Source of the DNA: Octopus sinensis
Taxonomy: Eukaryota
DNA: 64,000 nucleotides
Assembly (NCBI RefSeq): GCF_006345805.1
Contig: NC_043001.1
Span: 63,178,001-63,242,000, forward strand
Direction of reading: 5' to 3'
Shown piece by piece: positions 61,368 to 64,000 of the stretch; position 1 is the first letter of the stretch; the number at the start of each line of letters is the position of its first letter. The notes beneath the pieces were generated by a model. It was not told where the DNA came from. It did not search any database and worked only from the letters and a program-made list of their open reading frames with translations. Made by a program: the position numbers and the translations under genes.

Positions 61368-62385
61368 GTAAGTTATGTTTGTTGGCATTTATTTCAAGGC
61401 TGACTACTCTAGTCGAATCAGATTTGCAAGTTGTACAATCAAAATGCTTTACTATTTCTGCACTGTGTTACAGGAGTTATAAGACAGTCATTGGCTGTAT
61501 AAGAAGCCAGTGGTACTAGTAGGCATGGATCACATGATTAGCTTGGGTACTAGTGTGAGATGTAGTGACATGACTAAAACAGAAAAGCAAAAAAAAAAGT
61601 AAATAAAATTTATGAGATACATTCGTGTGTCTCAAGCAGTGGTGAAAATGTTGCTTGGTGGTACAACATGGAGCACAAAGCTGGTTGTAGGTGGAGTGAA
61701 AAGAAGATATCTAGGTTTGTCTAAAGTAGTGTTGGTGATAATAAGGCCCAGATCAGGTCTGATCCAGCAGACCTATGGTTAGTGTTTTAGCCATGACTAT
61801 CCCTTCTTATTTGACTGTATTCTGAACAATGTGTCCATTTTTTTAAGATGGTAGAAAATACCTTAAAGAGAATTTGGCTACGATTTCTGGCATACAGTAG
61901 AGAGTTTCTTTTGAACCAAAAGTAAAATTAATTTTTTTTATATGATTTTGTCAGCTAGTGCGGCAGTGGTTTGGATTTTTAAGGTCCTCCAAGAACATTG
62001 GGTATCTGCTCATTCCTTTGGTAGACAGCTCATCTCCCACTAACTTCTGTCTCTTACTTGTAGATTTACAAACTGTTTGGTCATAGAATACTCAGGGAGA
62101 CTTGCCCCACACATGGAGAAATTAGATGTCAAAAAGATGATGGAATGATGAGAGATAACCAATAATATATTGGTGTCAGTTATCTATTTCTTTCCAAAAT
62201 GGCCATGATTCTGTAAATAAGATCATATTTCTTGATAACTCATTTATTTAATCAACCAAACCTTACTCTCAAAATTGCTGGCTTTGTATCTAATTTAGAA
62301 ATTATAGAGGGCAGTAGATTGGCGAACTCATTAAAGCATTGGACAACAGTTGTGGGCTATTTATTTGATGCTCCTTTACACTTGT

Positions 62386-62715
62386 GAGTGGAGGCGCAAT
62401 GGCCCAGTGGTTAGGGCAGTGGATTCATGGTCATAGGATTGCAGTTTCAATTCCCAGACCGGGTGTTGTGAAGTTCCACAAGGCTCCAGCAGGGGTGGTG
62501 GCGAACCCTGCTGTGCTCTTTCACCACAACTTTCTCTCACTCTTTCTTCCTGTTTCTGATGTACCTGTATTTCAAAGAGCCAGCCTTGTCATGCTGAATT
62601 TCCTCGAGAAATACGTTAAGGGTACATGTGTCTGTGGAGTGCTCAGCCACTTGCACGTTAATTTCACGAGCAGGCTGTTCCATTGATTGGATCAACTGGA
62701 ACCCTCGTCGTCATT
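62386..62715 (+). mobile_element. tRNA-derived SINE, family C
   Basis: A-box-like TGGCCCAGTGG and B-box-like GTTTCAATTCCC head followed by a non-tRNA body. Confidence 0.7.
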
Positions 62716-62771
62716 AAAGTGTCTATACTGCTCCTCTCAGAATTGTTGGCCATTATTGTTGTTGTTGTTGT

Positions 62772-63320
62772 TGAGTGAGAGAGGGGCACATGCCATCAAA
62801 GAAACACTGGGGTACAAATATATGAAGGCCAATACCTGTCTGATAAGAGTACACCAGGCACATGCATCACAACCATATGTATGTGGTATTGTGTTCTCAT
62901 ATCAAGATACACTGTGCATGACCTTGCAGGTGGGGGGCCTAGTTTTCTTCAGGTTGAGTAGCTCATCCTACTCAAATGGTCCCTGAATAAGGTTTGTTTA
63001 AGGATGATGAATAAATCACCCATTTTTCCAAAGGTGAATTATTCAAACACCAAAGAATTCCTCTTAACACATGACTTTGATGCTCCCCAACTTCTTCTGA
63101 TCATGATTAGAGATGCACATATTACCACCCATTAAGGGACCTGCTCACTTAGTTATGGTCAAGTAACTGACAAGCAAATCTGTAGTATTGAGCAGAATAT
63201 TTGCTGTAGCCTGTCTTTCATACCAAGACAAAACATACATATAACACTTCCAATCAGTTAAGATCACAAGCCATGAGAGCTAATGCCTGGTACTGCATCA
63301 GGGCATTTATTATTATTATT
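62772..63320. repeat. Unclassified ~550-bp interspersed repeat between (TTG)n and (TTA)n tracts
   Basis: Recalled as a common octopus repeat; single copy in this window. Confidence 0.45.
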
Positions 63321-63427
63321 ATTGATTGTATTGTTATTTACATTGTTGTTGTGTTTTATATGAGCTGTTCTAAGTCTCATCCACAGAACAGCAAGTTGGA
63401 TGTTTTACTGTGGATGTTATTTAGAAT

Positions 63428-63568
63428 TCATCATCATCATCATCATCATCATTTAACGTCCGCTTTCCATGCTAGCATGGGTTGGACGGTTCAACTGGGG
63501 TCTGGGGAGCCCGAAAGCTGCACCAGTCCAGTCAGATCTGGCAGTGTTTCTACAGCTGGATGCCCTTC
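63428..63568 (-). mobile_element. RTE 3' UTR terminal fragment
   Basis: About 130 bp identical by eye to 51672-51805. Confidence 0.88.
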
Positions 63569-63599
63569 ATTGTAGAAGGAGATCAGAATCAGAAAACTA

Positions 63600-64000
63600 A
63601 GATTATGTTGGATTATTATTATATTTTGGTTTTAAAAGAGTTTTAAGAGAATTGGATATTTTCAAGTTGACAATGTGAGCAGTACCCATGAAAAGAATTT
63701 TTTGTTGTTCTAGCATTTTTAGGTTTCCTGATATTTGGTCATAGTATTTAAGAGTGTTATTTGGTATTGTCCCTAAAGCTCCAGTGATCACAAGTAAAGT
63801 TTTTATTCTTAGATGCTACATTTTTATGACCTCTATTTCAAGGTCTTCATATTTACTTATAAATACATATTGAGTGCAACAGCAAGGTTGCTAATGAAAC
63901 TCTCAAAATCCTAATAGAAACAAAGAAACACACCACTGATATCAATGAGGACAAAACAAGCTTCACAGATGAGAGTGATGTCATCAAAAGATGGTCTAAG
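63600..64000 (-). mobile_element. R4/Dong LINE 3' fragment, copy 4 (runs off window)
   Basis: VITGALGTIP..QQKILFMGTAHI. Confidence 0.75.

Noticed and set aside
62386-62460. tRNA gene (also family A and B SINE heads)
   Set aside because: A/B-box-like motifs only; no intact cloverleaf, and each head continues into a SINE body.

Overview
AT-rich, microsatellite- and transposon-dense animal genomic DNA, most likely an octopus (inferred from the SINE, RTE and mariner families, which I recognise from Octopus sequence; not proven). The only host gene I can support is a + strand SBF1/SBF2 (MTMR5/MTMR13) orthologue. Seven GT-AG exons (782 nt, one continuous frame) encode part of the DENN region; the gene starts before and ends after the window. 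The rest is intron filled with mobile DNA: three distinct Penelope-like elements (one a nearly intact Naiad-type), RTE, CR1/L2-like and R4/Dong LINE fragments, three mariners, an internally deleted piggyBac, Helitron pieces, foldback MITEs and many SINEs. Three structures stand out. (1) A spacer-less 461-bp palindrome (10400-10860) carries two complete, mirror-image minimal hammerhead ribozymes. (2) A structurally complete but non-coding 2.8-kb LTR retroelement (35536-38355) has a tRNA-Trp primer site, a PPT and a 4-bp TSD. (3) An 89-bp direct repeat brackets a TATA/Inr promoter-like spacer (15008-15538). Exon, LTR, TIR and ribozyme coordinates were read base by base; boundaries of decayed repeats are approximate.
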